In this document: piece after piece, positions 45,921 to 55,530 of the stretch
Layout of the letters: every line of letters starts with the position of its first letter
Position numbering within the stretch: the stretch's first letter is position 1
Assembly: GCA_049977005.1 (NCBI GenBank)
Contig: JBMFHE010000003.1
Coordinates: 92,694 to 156,693 of the forward strand
Reading direction: 5' to 3'
Length of the DNA: 64,000 nucleotides
Source: Acidilobus sp.
GTDB lineage: Archaea > Thermoproteota > Thermoprotei_A > Sulfolobales > Acidilobaceae
The notes under the pieces: generated by a model
The model's input: the letters and a program-made list of their open reading frames with translations, nothing else
What the model was told of the DNA's origin: nothing
The model's database searches: none
Made by a program: the position numbers and the translations under genes

Positions 45921-46382
45921 TCACATACCCTTGGCCTGCTGCCTGGCCTGCGCGGCGGCGACCGCCTGCTGAATGACGGCCTCGTACTGCCCCTGCAGTC
46001 GCTCCACCTCGCTCAGCCTCCTCGCCACCTCGTTTATAGCCCTGGTTATCTCGCTCTCCTCCTCGCTGAGCAGCCTGAGGCCCTCGGACACGTCTACCTT
46101 TGCGTACACCTCAGCGCCAAGGTGGACTATGACCTTGTCCCTGCTCTGAGGCTTGGCCTCTACGAGGGCGACGTAACCTGTCGAGAGCGGGAAGAGGATT
46201 GGCGCGTCCGGCGCTGACTTAACTATTGCGTCGATCCCCTCCTTGGCCCTTGATATAAGGTCCCTTTCAGCGACGAGCTGGTTAAGGAGGTCCCTTAGCC
46301 TTGAGGCCTCCGCCCTTATAATGTCCAGCTGGGCCACGAGCTCATCCAGCGTTACGACCCGTTTCTGACCTTCCTGGGACAA
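45921..46382 (-). CDS. pfdA: Prefoldin alpha subunit
   Basis: Coiled coil, beta hairpins (VIVHLGAEVY), coiled coil; between LX and ftsY. Confidence 0.88.
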   Translation of the reverse strand: MSQEGQKRVVTLDELVAQLDIIRAEASRLRDLLNQLVAERDLISRAKEGIDAIVKSAPDAPILFPLSTGYVALVEAKPQSRDKVIVHLGAEVYAKVDVSEGLRLLSEEESEITRAINEVARRLSEVERLQGQYEAVIQQAVAAAQARQQAKGM

Positions 46383-46643
46383 TTACATCACCCGGGTTGC
46401 CTGGGAGAGGGACTTGATGTGGAGGTCGTCAACCTCCTCAGGGCTCACCTCGGTTATTGATGTTATCCTGATGTGCCTTCTCTTAAGCTTGTGGTGGCTG
46501 CCGAGCTCTGAGAGGACCTTCTCCACGGCGTCAGAACTCTTAAGGGCCCTGACATATATCGTGAACTTACGCCACTCCGGGAAGCTGTCATGCGACAACA
46601 TCATTTCGCCTGTTACCTTGAATATCTTGACCTCCCCCTCCAA
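46383..46643 (-). CDS. rpl18a: 50S ribosomal protein LX (L18Ae/eL20)
   Basis: AVEKVLSELGSHHKLKR..I.I. Confidence 0.92.
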   Translation of the reverse strand: MEGEVKIFKVTGEMMLSHDSFPEWRKFTIYVRALKSSDAVEKVLSELGSHHKLKRRHIRITSITEVSPEEVDDLHIKSLSQATRVM

Positions 46644-46722
46644 GGCCTTATCCCTCTAGGCCCGCCTGATGCTGGACTTTAAATTTATAAAGTCAGCCCG
46701 AAGGCTCCAGGAGGTAACGAGT

Positions 46723-47010
46723 ATGCCCAAGAAGCGCGAGAGCAGGGGTAGGAGGAAGGGCGACAAGGGCAAGGCCAAGATGATCCAGTGCGACAACTGC
46801 GGGAGGCTGGTGCCAGAGGACAAGGCCATTTGCGTGACAAGGATGTACAGCCCTGTCGACCCCCAGCTGGCGGCTGAGCTTGAGAAGAAGGGCGCTATAG
46901 TTCCGAGGTACCCCGTGACCAAGTGCTACTGCATAAGCTGCGCCATACACTACGGCATAGTAAAGATAAGGCCTGAGGAGGAGAGGAAGCCAAGGGTAAG
47001 CATCTTTTGA
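46723..47010 (+). CDS. rps26e: 30S ribosomal protein S26e
   Basis: MPKKRESRGR, CDNCGR.VP.DKAI, YCISCAIH; GGAGG SD. Confidence 0.95.
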   Translation: MPKKRESRGRRKGDKGKAKMIQCDNCGRLVPEDKAICVTRMYSPVDPQLAAELEKKGAIVPRYPVTKCYCISCAIHYGIVKIRPEEERKPRVSIF

Positions 47011-47675
47011 GGCGTCACGGCCTTCCGTCTTGGGTTAAGGTCTCAGCCCCCTTCGTTGTGTACGTCCAGGGGGAGGGCCAGCTAGACCTCAGCATCGCCC
47101 TGAGGGAGCCGAGGGTACTTGTTGAATACCCGCCAAAGCCAGGAGGAGAGGTTGACGAGATCTCCACCCCCTGCGGCCCCGTTAAGTTCTCTTACACGAT
47201 TTCGAAGCCTGACCTTTTGGCCAAGGTTCAGGCCCTTGAGGTCTATGCGGGGATAATAGCGAGGAGCGCCCTGTCGTTGTCAATGGTGAGGCTGTGCCTT
47301 GGGGGCTCTACCTCCATTTCGGAGGCCGTAAGGCTAGCCCAGGACATGGGCTCAGAGCAGTTGGCCTACGCGATATCGTTAGGGGGTGCCGTAGTTTCGA
47401 GGAGGGTAGGGGGCAGAGGCGCCTTCATAGGGAGGTGGCACCTACCCGAAGACCTCGTCGTGGCGCTAGGGCCTGGGGAAGCCCACGGCTCCAGGTATGA
47501 CGTAGTTGACCTGCTCTCTAAGCTACTAACCCCCGAGTTGACGGAGGTCTGCACCTGTTTTGACGCGAGGCTTGGGGTCAGCGTAACGATAACGCGGGGG
47601 ACGACGCCTAAGGCGGCGTTCCTAGTAACCCGCTTCGATAACAGGGGGGCGGAGGTCCAGGTCCCTCAGGCTTAG
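47007..47675 (+). CDS. Hypothetical protein, possibly a degenerate GHMP-kinase-like fold
   Basis: Overlaps the rps26e stop; GGAVV..RW.LPED segment weakly recalls RFAP-synthase-like proteins. Confidence 0.5.
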   Translation: MRRHGLPSWVKVSAPFVVYVQGEGQLDLSIALREPRVLVEYPPKPGGEVDEISTPCGPVKFSYTISKPDLLAKVQALEVYAGIIARSALSLSMVRLCLGGSTSISEAVRLAQDMGSEQLAYAISLGGAVVSRRVGGRGAFIGRWHLPEDLVVALGPGEAHGSRYDVVDLLSKLLTPELTEVCTCFDARLGVSVTITRGTTPKAAFLVTRFDNRGAEVQVPQA

Positions 47676-47845
47676 GCCGTCTTTATCTTAGCCAGCTCCT
47701 TCCTCTTCGGCCTGAGGTCAGTGCTGTGGCACCTCCTACACTTCTTAGCGCCCGGCGGGTTGTGAGCTCCGCACCTTCTACATATCAGCACGTTGAACAC
47801 CCTTTCCTGGACTATTCTGATCAGCTCGGGGTCCGTGACGGGCAC
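47672..47845 (-). CDS. rpl40e: 50S ribosomal protein L40e (not in the ORF track)
   Basis: Manual translation: [57 protein letters not shown]. Confidence 0.95.
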   Translation of the reverse strand: MPVTDPELIRIVQERVFNVLICRRCGAHNPPGAKKCRRCHSTDLRPKRKELAKIKTA

Positions 47846-47942
47846 CTAGGGTCCCTACGACGCCCCTATGGCTTCGTCCTTATAAGCCTTAATAAAAGAG
47901 TTTATTAAAAGAAAGCTTTTTTCTGATCCTACCATCTGTGGG

Positions 47943-48575
47943 GTGAGTGATAGCATGGCGGCGATCTCGGGCAGGCTCACGATAGGTGAGGAGGCTTACC
48001 TAAGGGCTCTGACGGGCAGGCTCGTCGGGAGGGAGCTCTTCAAGGGCTATAACAAGGTGGCAATAATATCATACCCAGACAGGATCTGCGAGTCGGTCGC
48101 CGCGGCTGCAGCCGTCGCCTACCTGGAGAGGTTTGGCTACGGGCCCGGTAAGGTTGCGATCTTTGACTACCAGCCAGACGTTGACTCCCTTGCTGAGAAG
48201 GTCGTCAGCTGGGGCCCGGAGGCCGTCTACTTGGCCTTCGGCGGCGAACAGAGAATGTCTGACGTGTCAGACATGACTGTCAAGGTCCTGAGGGCGCTCG
48301 CCAACAAGGGGTTCAAGGGGGCGCTGCTGATACACGTTAGGGCGTGGCTTGCCACCAAGCAGTTCTCTTCAGTCACGGCTGACCCAAGCCTTAGGTCCTT
48401 CCTGAGGTCGCTGAAGGAGATAAGGCTGTTCACAGCGGACGCCAACGCCAAGAAGTTCTTCTTCCACGTGGTCAAGGTCAATGAGGATGGGAGCGTCTCG
48501 CTGACAAAGATAGGCGAAGAGGACATAACTGACGAGCACGCCCAGCTCCTTAAGCTCTCCCTGCCGCCAGGATGA
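47943..48575 (+). CDS. Hypothetical alpha/beta protein
   Basis: 210-aa ORF with typical codon usage; strong AT-rich promoter. Confidence 0.7.
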   Translation: MSDSMAAISGRLTIGEEAYLRALTGRLVGRELFKGYNKVAIISYPDRICESVAAAAAVAYLERFGYGPGKVAIFDYQPDVDSLAEKVVSWGPEAVYLAFGGEQRMSDVSDMTVKVLRALANKGFKGALLIHVRAWLATKQFSSVTADPSLRSFLRSLKEIRLFTADANAKKFFFHVVKVNEDGSVSLTKIGEEDITDEHAQLLKLSLPPG

Positions 48576-48643
48576 AGTAAGGGCGAAACCTGCTAGAGGA
48601 AAAGCTGGATTAGGCCTCTTTCACGCATTTTATTTCGGACCAG

Positions 48644-49882
48644 ATGGCCTTCAGGGACCTCTGGATCTGGAAGTACATGAAGGACGACCTGCCGTGGTAC
48701 TATGAGGTAGCCAATAACCTCAGGCCGGCGAAGTTCCTCATAGCGGACAGGGTCCCAGTAGACTTCTCTGACGACGAAGATCTGCAGACCCTGTGGGGTC
48801 GCTTTGACAAGGCGGAGGCGGAGTTCCTCAGGTTGTGGTCTGACGTAAGGTTCAACGATGAGGATATTACGAGGCTTGAGAGGCCCCAGAGGAGCCTGCT
48901 CGACCTTCTTTCAGCCATAGCCAGGAAGACGTTAGGGAGGTGCACGTTTTGCGAGTGGAAGTGCAGGGTAGACAGGACGAGGCCCAAGCTCCTTGGGACC
49001 TGCATGTTGGACGTGACAACAAGGGTTGCCTCTTTCTTTCATCACCATGGGGAGGAGCTAGTCTTCAGGGGGATATTTGGGTCAGGGACCGTCTTCTTCA
49101 CCTCATGTAATATGAGGTGTGCATTCTGTCAGAACAGCGACATAAGCAGGGACCGATTCAACGGCGCCGTGTTTACGCCCAACGACCTGGCCTTCGCCAT
49201 GGTCAAGCTTAGGCTTGAGGGCGCCCACAACATTAACCTGGTTGGCGGGGAGCCGACCCCTCACATACATACGATATTGGACGCCCTGAGGATAGTCGCA
49301 AGGAGGGGCCTAAACGTTGAGCCTGACAACTGGGAAGCCGTGGTTAGCGCTAACGCGGACCCGATATATTACCCAATCTCGCCCTCCTTAGCGCTCTACA
49401 AGGGCCTCGTCAACTTGCCCATACTCTGGAACAGCAACTTCTACATGACGGCAGAATTCACAAGGCTGCTCCGTGTTGTAGTTGACATATGGCTGCCCGA
49501 CTTCAAGTTCGGCAACGACCGCTGCGCGATAAGGCTGTCGAGGACTCCCTTTTACGTCAGGACGGTGACCAGGAACCTTAAGTTGGTGTACGACTGGGGC
49601 GAGGACATGGTCATCAGGCATCTCGTGATGCCAAACCACGTTGAGTGCGACACGAAGCCGGTGCTGGACTGGATATCTAAGAACACCCCTAGGGTGTGGG
49701 TCAACATAATGGACCAGTACAGGCCTGAGGCTCTCGCTGACCCGTCATCGCCACAGTTTGACCCTAGGTACACCGACATAGCGAGGAGGCCCAGGCCCGA
49801 GGAGATAAAGGAGGCCTATGAGTACGCTAAAAGGCTTGGCATAAAGTTCGACCTTGTAAGCCTTGAGAGGTTCTACGGATAA
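48644..49882 (+). CDS. PflX-like radical SAM protein
   Basis: CTFCEWKC, HHGEE, GSGTVFFTSCNMRCAFCQN, NINLVGGEPTP, LPDFKFGN, RHLVMPNH. Confidence 0.9.
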   Translation: MAFRDLWIWKYMKDDLPWYYEVANNLRPAKFLIADRVPVDFSDDEDLQTLWGRFDKAEAEFLRLWSDVRFNDEDITRLERPQRSLLDLLSAIARKTLGRCTFCEWKCRVDRTRPKLLGTCMLDVTTRVASFFHHHGEELVFRGIFGSGTVFFTSCNMRCAFCQNSDISRDRFNGAVFTPNDLAFAMVKLRLEGAHNINLVGGEPTPHIHTILDALRIVARRGLNVEPDNWEAVVSANADPIYYPISPSLALYKGLVNLPILWNSNFYMTAEFTRLLRVVVDIWLPDFKFGNDRCAIRLSRTPFYVRTVTRNLKLVYDWGEDMVIRHLVMPNHVECDTKPVLDWISKNTPRVWVNIMDQYRPEALADPSSPQFDPRYTDIARRPRPEEIKEAYEYAKRLGIKFDLVSLERFYG

Positions 49883-49891
49883 GCGAAGTGA

Positions 49892-49983
49892 TGGTGGGCC
49901 CGGGGGGATTTGAACCCCCGACCGCCCGGTCTCTGACCTGGCTGTTATCAGCCGGGCGCTCCACCGAGCTGAGCTACGGGCCC
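49892..49983 (-). tRNA. tRNA-Ile(GAT) with a 15-nt intron at 37/38 (49931-49945), CCA encoded
   Basis: Reverse complement: GGGCCCG...CCCGG CT GAT A [intron] A CCGGG...GTTCAAATC...CGGGCCCACCA; BHB helix CTGA/TCAG. Confidence 0.93.
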
Positions 49984-50047
49984 TTCAGGTGTTAAGCCCT
50001 CCTTGAGGATATAAAAAACCTTCCACGGACCCTAGCCGTGAGCAAAG

Positions 50048-50692
50048 ATGTCGGACAGCGTTGAGAAGACTATAAACGATATCGAGAACGTGGTCAGGGA
50101 GGCGGACGAGAGGCTCAGGAAAATAGACCTTGCCAGAGAGGAGGCGGTCAAGATAAGCAGGGACGTAATAAGGCTGAGCGGCTACAGCATTACGTTCCTC
50201 CACAAGGGTGAGCTGGAGAAGTCCAAGGAGGCTCTCGACCAGTGCGAGGCCCAGGTGAAGAGGCTCATGGAGGTGGTTTCGCCCTACCCGGAGCTGATGT
50301 ATTCAGGGCTGATCTATAACGCCCTCAGCGAGTACGTCGAGGCCAAGGTCTTCTTTTCAATAGCCACCGAGAGCAGGGTGCCCTCATTCACTGACCTGGG
50401 CGTTCACCCAGTCCCATACCTTCAGGGCCTCGCTGACGTGGTGGGCGAGCTGAGGCGCAGGGCCCTGGACAGGATCGCGAGGGGGGACCTTGAAGAGGCC
50501 AAGAGGTCCCTTAGCCTGATGGAGGCCATCTACAACGCTTTGAGGGGCCTTGACTACCCCGACGCCGTGCTGCCGAATGTGAGGCATAAGGTTGACGTGG
50601 CGAGGGCCCTCATCGACTCAACCAAGGCAATGATTGTCGACATAGAGTCAAGGGAAAGGCTCATGAAAGCGCTTGCTCAGCCGCGCTCCTAG
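50048..50692 (+). CDS. Translin/TRAX-family protein
   Basis: SRDVIRLS, EYVEA, YLQGLADVVGELRR, RHKVD. Confidence 0.88.
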   Translation: MSDSVEKTINDIENVVREADERLRKIDLAREEAVKISRDVIRLSGYSITFLHKGELEKSKEALDQCEAQVKRLMEVVSPYPELMYSGLIYNALSEYVEAKVFFSIATESRVPSFTDLGVHPVPYLQGLADVVGELRRRALDRIARGDLEEAKRSLSLMEAIYNALRGLDYPDAVLPNVRHKVDVARALIDSTKAMIVDIESRERLMKALAQPRS

Positions 50693-50747
50693 GTCAGCCG
50701 GAGCTTTCCTTATACCCTCCGTTGGCGGTAAACAATAATGGGACAGA

Positions 50748-51878
50748 ATGACAGGCGCTGCCGAACTCCCCCTGCACGATGGGCACGTGCCGCCGAGCCT
50801 ACTGAGGATTATGAGGCAGCTCTCGAGCTCCATCGTCAAGGTTATAATTGATGAAAGGGGGCCCGACCAGTTCGTTAGGGCCCTCTCGGACCCCCTATGG
50901 TTTCAGGCGTTCAACAACGTGATAGGGATGGACTGGGACAGCAGCGGCAGCACTACAGTCGTCCTGTCGGTGCTAAAGGAGATCAGCTGGTCTGAAGATA
51001 TGGGCTTTCTCGTCCTTGGGGGAAAGGGCAGGAGGATGCTGCAGCTGAAGGACGAGACCAAGGAGGCCGAGAGGAGGCTTGGCATAGACTCTGAAAGGCT
51101 GTTCAGGTTCAGCAAGGTTTCCGCGAGGGCCGCCTCAACGTTCCTCCAGGACGGTTACGACACTTACGTCCACGCGCTCATAGCGTCAGAGGGCGGCGAG
51201 CTAGTCGTGATCCAGCAGGGGATGAACCTGGCCGCCCGCATGGCTCGGAGGTACCACATAGACAAGGAGTCTATCGAGGAGCCCTTCAGCGGGGTCGCTG
51301 GGGTAAAGGGCAACGTGACCTTAAACGCGACCGCGAGGGAGAGCAGGGAGGCGAGGAAGGCCTACCTCGATATAATAGCCGAGGGCAAGGAGAGGTTCCT
51401 CAGGCTCCTTGCTGAGGCCAATGCTGCCGTCGGGGCCCCATCCCTCTTAAGGTACATAGAGGGCGGCGTTAAGGTAAGCCCGCCCAGAGCCTACTACAGG
51501 CCACTTATGCCATCAAGGCAGTTCCTGAGGATGGTCGAGCAGCTCTTCACTTCTCAGCCCAGCACCGAGGAGGAGCTCGTGGTGGCGCCGGGGCTCGGTC
51601 CAAAGGTCGTCAGGGCCCTGGCCTTAATAGCTGACGTAATCTACTCCGTACCGACGTCAGTGAGGGACCCAGTAACTATATCGCTTGACCCGTTCGCCTA
51701 CGCGTACGCTGTCGGGGGAAAGGACGGGGTCCCCTACCCCTACGACCGGGAGACCGCGATGAAGGTCATAGAGTACCTTAGGCAGGCCCTTGAGGAGGCT
51801 AGGGTCGGGAACGCCGTCAAGTTGGCCGCCATGGCGAGGCTGAGGGCCATGGCAACCCGGCTGGGGGAGACTCTTTGA
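50748..51878 (+). CDS. DUF763-family protein
   Basis: LPLHDGHVP, GMDWDSSGSTT, QQGMN..ARRYH, GLGPK, A.GGKDGVPYP. Confidence 0.88.
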   Translation: MTGAAELPLHDGHVPPSLLRIMRQLSSSIVKVIIDERGPDQFVRALSDPLWFQAFNNVIGMDWDSSGSTTVVLSVLKEISWSEDMGFLVLGGKGRRMLQLKDETKEAERRLGIDSERLFRFSKVSARAASTFLQDGYDTYVHALIASEGGELVVIQQGMNLAARMARRYHIDKESIEEPFSGVAGVKGNVTLNATARESREARKAYLDIIAEGKERFLRLLAEANAAVGAPSLLRYIEGGVKVSPPRAYYRPLMPSRQFLRMVEQLFTSQPSTEEELVVAPGLGPKVVRALALIADVIYSVPTSVRDPVTISLDPFAYAYAVGGKDGVPYPYDRETAMKVIEYLRQALEEARVGNAVKLAAMARLRAMATRLGETL

Positions 51879-52462
51879 GGATCCTTCACGTCAGCGACGT
51901 CCACTGCGGCTCGGAGATCTTGTCGTCGGTGCTGGCGAACGAGACCTACGACCTGGCGGTGGTCAGCGGGGACTTCGTATGTCTCGACGCAACTGACGTC
52001 TTAGAGCCTTACAAGGAGAGGGTTCTAGCGGTAACGGGCAACATGGACGACGTCTCTATTAGGAGGAGGCTGCTGTCAATGGGGGTCTTGATGGATGGGA
52101 GGTCCCGTGAGCTGCAGGGCCTCCGGTTCGGCGGGATAGGCGGCATAGACCCAAGGGCTGACATAGCTGCGCTGAGGACCGACTTAGGGAACCACAGGTT
52201 AGACGTCCTTGTGACGCACCACCCACCTCATGGGGTCCTCGATAGGACTTATCTCGGCGTTAGGATAGGGCTCAGGGACTTAAGGGACTTCGTCGCGGCC
52301 GTCAGGCCAAGGCTTCACCTATTCGGCCACGTACATGAGTCGCCAGGCCATCAGGTCTTCGGAAGCACGCTTGCCGTTAACCCAGGCCCCCTGTTCCAGG
52401 GAAGGTACGCAATAATAGACCTCTCAGGTGACAGCCTAAAGGTCGAGCTAAGGAAGCTCTAG
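51875..52462 (+). CDS. Calcineurin-like metallophosphoesterase
   Basis: SDVH, GD, GNMD, THHPP, GHVHE, NPG. Confidence 0.92.
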   Translation: MRILHVSDVHCGSEILSSVLANETYDLAVVSGDFVCLDATDVLEPYKERVLAVTGNMDDVSIRRRLLSMGVLMDGRSRELQGLRFGGIGGIDPRADIAALRTDLGNHRLDVLVTHHPPHGVLDRTYLGVRIGLRDLRDFVAAVRPRLHLFGHVHESPGHQVFGSTLAVNPGPLFQGRYAIIDLSGDSLKVELRKL

Positions 52463-52465
52463 CTG

Positions 52466-52888
52466 TCAGGACCCCACGTACTTGACCTTGATCGTCCTAG
52501 TCCTCGGCCCGTCCATCTCTACCAGTAGGACCCTCTGCCAGGTCCCGAGCCCCAGCCTGCCGTCCTCGACAGGGAGGCACTGAGAGAACCCAATGAAAAC
52601 CGAGGTCAAGTGGGCGTGAGCGTTATCATCGATGAGGTTATGCCTCCACGGGCCTTCCGGCTTAAAGAGCTCCTTAGCGGCGTCAACGATGTCCTGCATT
52701 AGCCCCTGTTCAGCTTCATTAACGGTAAGGGCGGCCGTCGTGTGCGGGACGCTGATCAGGGCCACGCCGTCCGTGGCTCTAATTGATGTAAGCCACCTCT
52801 GTATCTCGTCAGTAACGTCGATTACCTCAAATCTCTTTGAGGTCCTAACCGTGAACGAGAACCTCTCGATCCTCAACAGGCCCACCAA
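52466..52888 (-). CDS. YjbQ (UPF0047) family protein
   Basis: HTTAAL.VNE, DNAHAHL, LGTWQ, EMDGPR. Confidence 0.93.
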   Translation of the reverse strand: MVGLLRIERFSFTVRTSKRFEVIDVTDEIQRWLTSIRATDGVALISVPHTTAALTVNEAEQGLMQDIVDAAKELFKPEGPWRHNLIDDNAHAHLTSVFIGFSQCLPVEDGRLGLGTWQRVLLVEMDGPRTRTIKVKYVGS

Positions 52889-52929
52889 AAATAATTGCGG
52901 CCTGAGGGCTATGAAAGCTTGAGGCTAAA

Positions 52930-53586
52930 TTGAGGCCCTACACGATAGTCTTTTCCACGGAGACCGTCGATGGAAGGATAGCCGACCCAACCGGCTTCTC
53001 AAGGCTTAGCTGTGATGAGGACTTCAGGCTCCTTCATGAGCTCAGGGCTTGGGCGGACGGCGTGATGGTCGGGGCGAGGACAGTCATGCTCGATGACCCC
53101 CTGCTTAACGTTAGGCTGACGGTGGGCAGAAACCCGGTCAGGATAATCTTGGACGGTAACCTCAGGGTGCCGCCTAGCTCGAGGGTCTTTTCAATACCTG
53201 GACGATCAATAATAATAACCAAAAGGGGTCACCAGAGGGAAAAGATAAACTCCTACGTATCAAGGGGGATCAACGTTATTGAGACAGGGACCGCGTCCGA
53301 GGTCGACCTTGTCGAGGCTATGAACATCCTTTGGGAGAGGTTCGGGATCAGGAGGCTCCTCGTAGAGGGTGGGGGGTCAACGACGTTCAGCCTCCTGAGG
53401 GAGGGGCTCGTTGACGAGCTGTGGGTGACAGTCTCGCCTTTCGTCTTTGGGGCAGGCACGCCGATCGTTAATGGCGATCCAGGGGGCGTCAGGGTGAGGC
53501 TCTACCTGAGCTCATACAAGGTCATGTGCGGTGGCTGGGTCAACCTGAGGTACGTAGTGCTGGACAGAAGGCCGTTGAACTCTTAG
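52930..53586 (+). CDS. RibD C-terminal-type pyrimidine reductase
   Basis: DGRIA, MVGARTV..DDP.L, LVEGG, LVDE. Confidence 0.88.
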   Translation: MRPYTIVFSTETVDGRIADPTGFSRLSCDEDFRLLHELRAWADGVMVGARTVMLDDPLLNVRLTVGRNPVRIILDGNLRVPPSSRVFSIPGRSIIITKRGHQREKINSYVSRGINVIETGTASEVDLVEAMNILWERFGIRRLLVEGGGSTTFSLLREGLVDELWVTVSPFVFGAGTPIVNGDPGGVRVRLYLSSYKVMCGGWVNLRYVVLDRRPLNS

Positions 53587-53601
53587 CCCGTCTAATCCTG
53601 C

Positions 53602-55377
53602 CTAATAGATGAGCCCTTTGTAGGCCTCTATGTAAAGCGGGTCCTTCTTGATCCTCAGGATGTACTTCGACCTGTCGTACTTTTCCCCAGGGTTGAAGGT
53701 CTTGAGGGATTCCTTGGGCAGCTCGGCCTTCTTGTACTTAGCCTGTATGTAGTCCCTGTAGAGGCTCTCTAGGACGTTAAACGTGCAGAAAGGTATCACC
53801 CTTCCGTCGGGGAGCGTGTAATGTATGTTGCACCTCCTCACCCTCTCAACGTCGTAGTTGTACAGGTCCATGAAGTGCATCATCCCTATGAACAACATCT
53901 TGTAGTGCAGCTGCCCTAGGGCCTCATAGTTTCTCTTAATCAGTATGCTCCTCAACAGCTTTGAAAAGCTAAGCTCCTTTGGCATCTTCTCCTCATCGAC
54001 GAACTTCCTGAGGTCAATGAGCCCCTTCAGTAAGGCCAGCTTCTTGAACCTAGAGTCCTCGATGTTGAACCTCTCCTCATCGAGGTACTCTATGAAGCCC
54101 TCTACGTCGAAGAAGTCGGCCAGGGGGACGAACCTGGTCGGGATGCCGTCGGGCCCCCTCTCGACGAACACGTAGTTAGCTGCGCCGCACATAGGGTGGT
54201 TTGCCATGCAGAACTGCTCGCTGCCGACCGCAGCCTCAACGAACTTGGCGAACTTGGCTGCGACAGGTATGGGGTACCAGGTGTACCTACTTATCTGGCC
54301 GTCGGTCTGCTCCTCAATGCCCTTAATTGCGTCAGCTATAGTCACCCTCATCTTCTCCCTCTCGCTCTTCTTGAGCTGCCCCGTCAGGCTGACCGGCTGG
54401 AAGTTAACGGCCCTCACTATGTCCATGTTCTTGCCGGCGAACTTAAGTATAAGGCCCATCTCGTTGAAGTTCATGTTCTTGATCAACGTAGGCACGAGCA
54501 CAACGCTGGTCATGTTGGCCTTCCTGAACACCTCGAAAATGTATGGAATCTCCCAGTGGTTCTTCGGGTTCGCCTTCGGCGTAACGCCGTCAAAGCTCAA
54601 GTATACGGTGTTGACGCCTGCCTCCCTCAGCTGCCTTGCGTAGTTGATCGCGGCCTCTGGGTTATTGAAGTACATCTCGGCGAACTTTATCCCTTCTGTG
54701 TTGAGCTGGATGTGCCTGACGCCCTCCTCCTTTAACATCTTGACTATCTCGACAAGGTCGTCGCGCATCGTGGGCTCGCCTCCGGTGATCTGAACCGCCA
54801 GCGTCACGCCCTGCTTCTTGACCTGCCTTATCTGATACCTCAGGAGTTCGATGCTGGGCTCATAGATGTACCCAGCCCTCTCGGCGTAGAAGAAGCAGTA
54901 GTAACAGCTGAGGTTACACCTGTTCGTCACCACAAGGTTGACGAGCGCCGTGTGGTTCTCATGCATTGAGCAGAGGCCACAGTTGAACGGGCACGGCGCT
55001 GAGAGCTGGACGTACGCCTTTACCCTGCCTGCGCCCTTGCCGGTCTCCTCGTATTTCATCATCTTGTGGTAGAGCTCAGCGTCGCCATAGTAAAGCTCCT
55101 CGAACTCCCCGTGCTCTGGGCAGACCTTCCTGATGTATACTTTGCCGTCCCTCTCCAGGATCCTTGCCGGTAGGAGCCTCATGCATACTGGGCAGAGGCT
55201 TGTGGTGTAGTTTAGGTGCCTCTCACCATCCCTGAGGGGCGGGATGGGGCCACCTATGGGTATCTTCCTCTCAGCTATCTCAACGTATGCCCTATCGCCC
55301 TCCCTGATAAGCCTCGCCGGGGATGGTAAGATCAGGTGGCCCTCCACGTCACGTTTACTTATCTGGGTTACGGCCAA
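53602..55377 (-). CDS. tes: Tetraether lipid synthase (Tes/GDGT-MAS) radical SAM enzyme
   Basis: SLCPVC..KVCPEHG, CPFNCGLC..H, TNRCNLSCYYCFF, VNFQPVS, HPMCG, RCNIHY..PDGRVIPFCTFN. Confidence 0.88.
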   Translation of the reverse strand: MAVTQISKRDVEGHLILPSPARLIREGDRAYVEIAERKIPIGGPIPPLRDGERHLNYTTSLCPVCMRLLPARILERDGKVYIRKVCPEHGEFEELYYGDAELYHKMMKYEETGKGAGRVKAYVQLSAPCPFNCGLCSMHENHTALVNLVVTNRCNLSCYYCFFYAERAGYIYEPSIELLRYQIRQVKKQGVTLAVQITGGEPTMRDDLVEIVKMLKEEGVRHIQLNTEGIKFAEMYFNNPEAAINYARQLREAGVNTVYLSFDGVTPKANPKNHWEIPYIFEVFRKANMTSVVLVPTLIKNMNFNEMGLILKFAGKNMDIVRAVNFQPVSLTGQLKKSEREKMRVTIADAIKGIEEQTDGQISRYTWYPIPVAAKFAKFVEAAVGSEQFCMANHPMCGAANYVFVERGPDGIPTRFVPLADFFDVEGFIEYLDEERFNIEDSRFKKLALLKGLIDLRKFVDEEKMPKELSFSKLLRSILIKRNYEALGQLHYKMLFIGMMHFMDLYNYDVERVRRCNIHYTLPDGRVIPFCTFNVLESLYRDYIQAKYKKAELPKESLKTFNPGEKYDRSKYILRIKKDPLYIEAYKGLIY

Positions 55378-55530
55378 ACGTCTAAACCTCCTACGTCCTC
55401 TCTTCTGCTCTCTTTTATAAGCTTGTGCAAATATATTAGGTTTTAGCCTTAGAACTAGGGGCTTATCGAGGTTCCGCAGGGAAAAGGTGCAGTATTATTA
55501 AGCCCTGGCCCTATAGGAGCTGGGTCCAGC

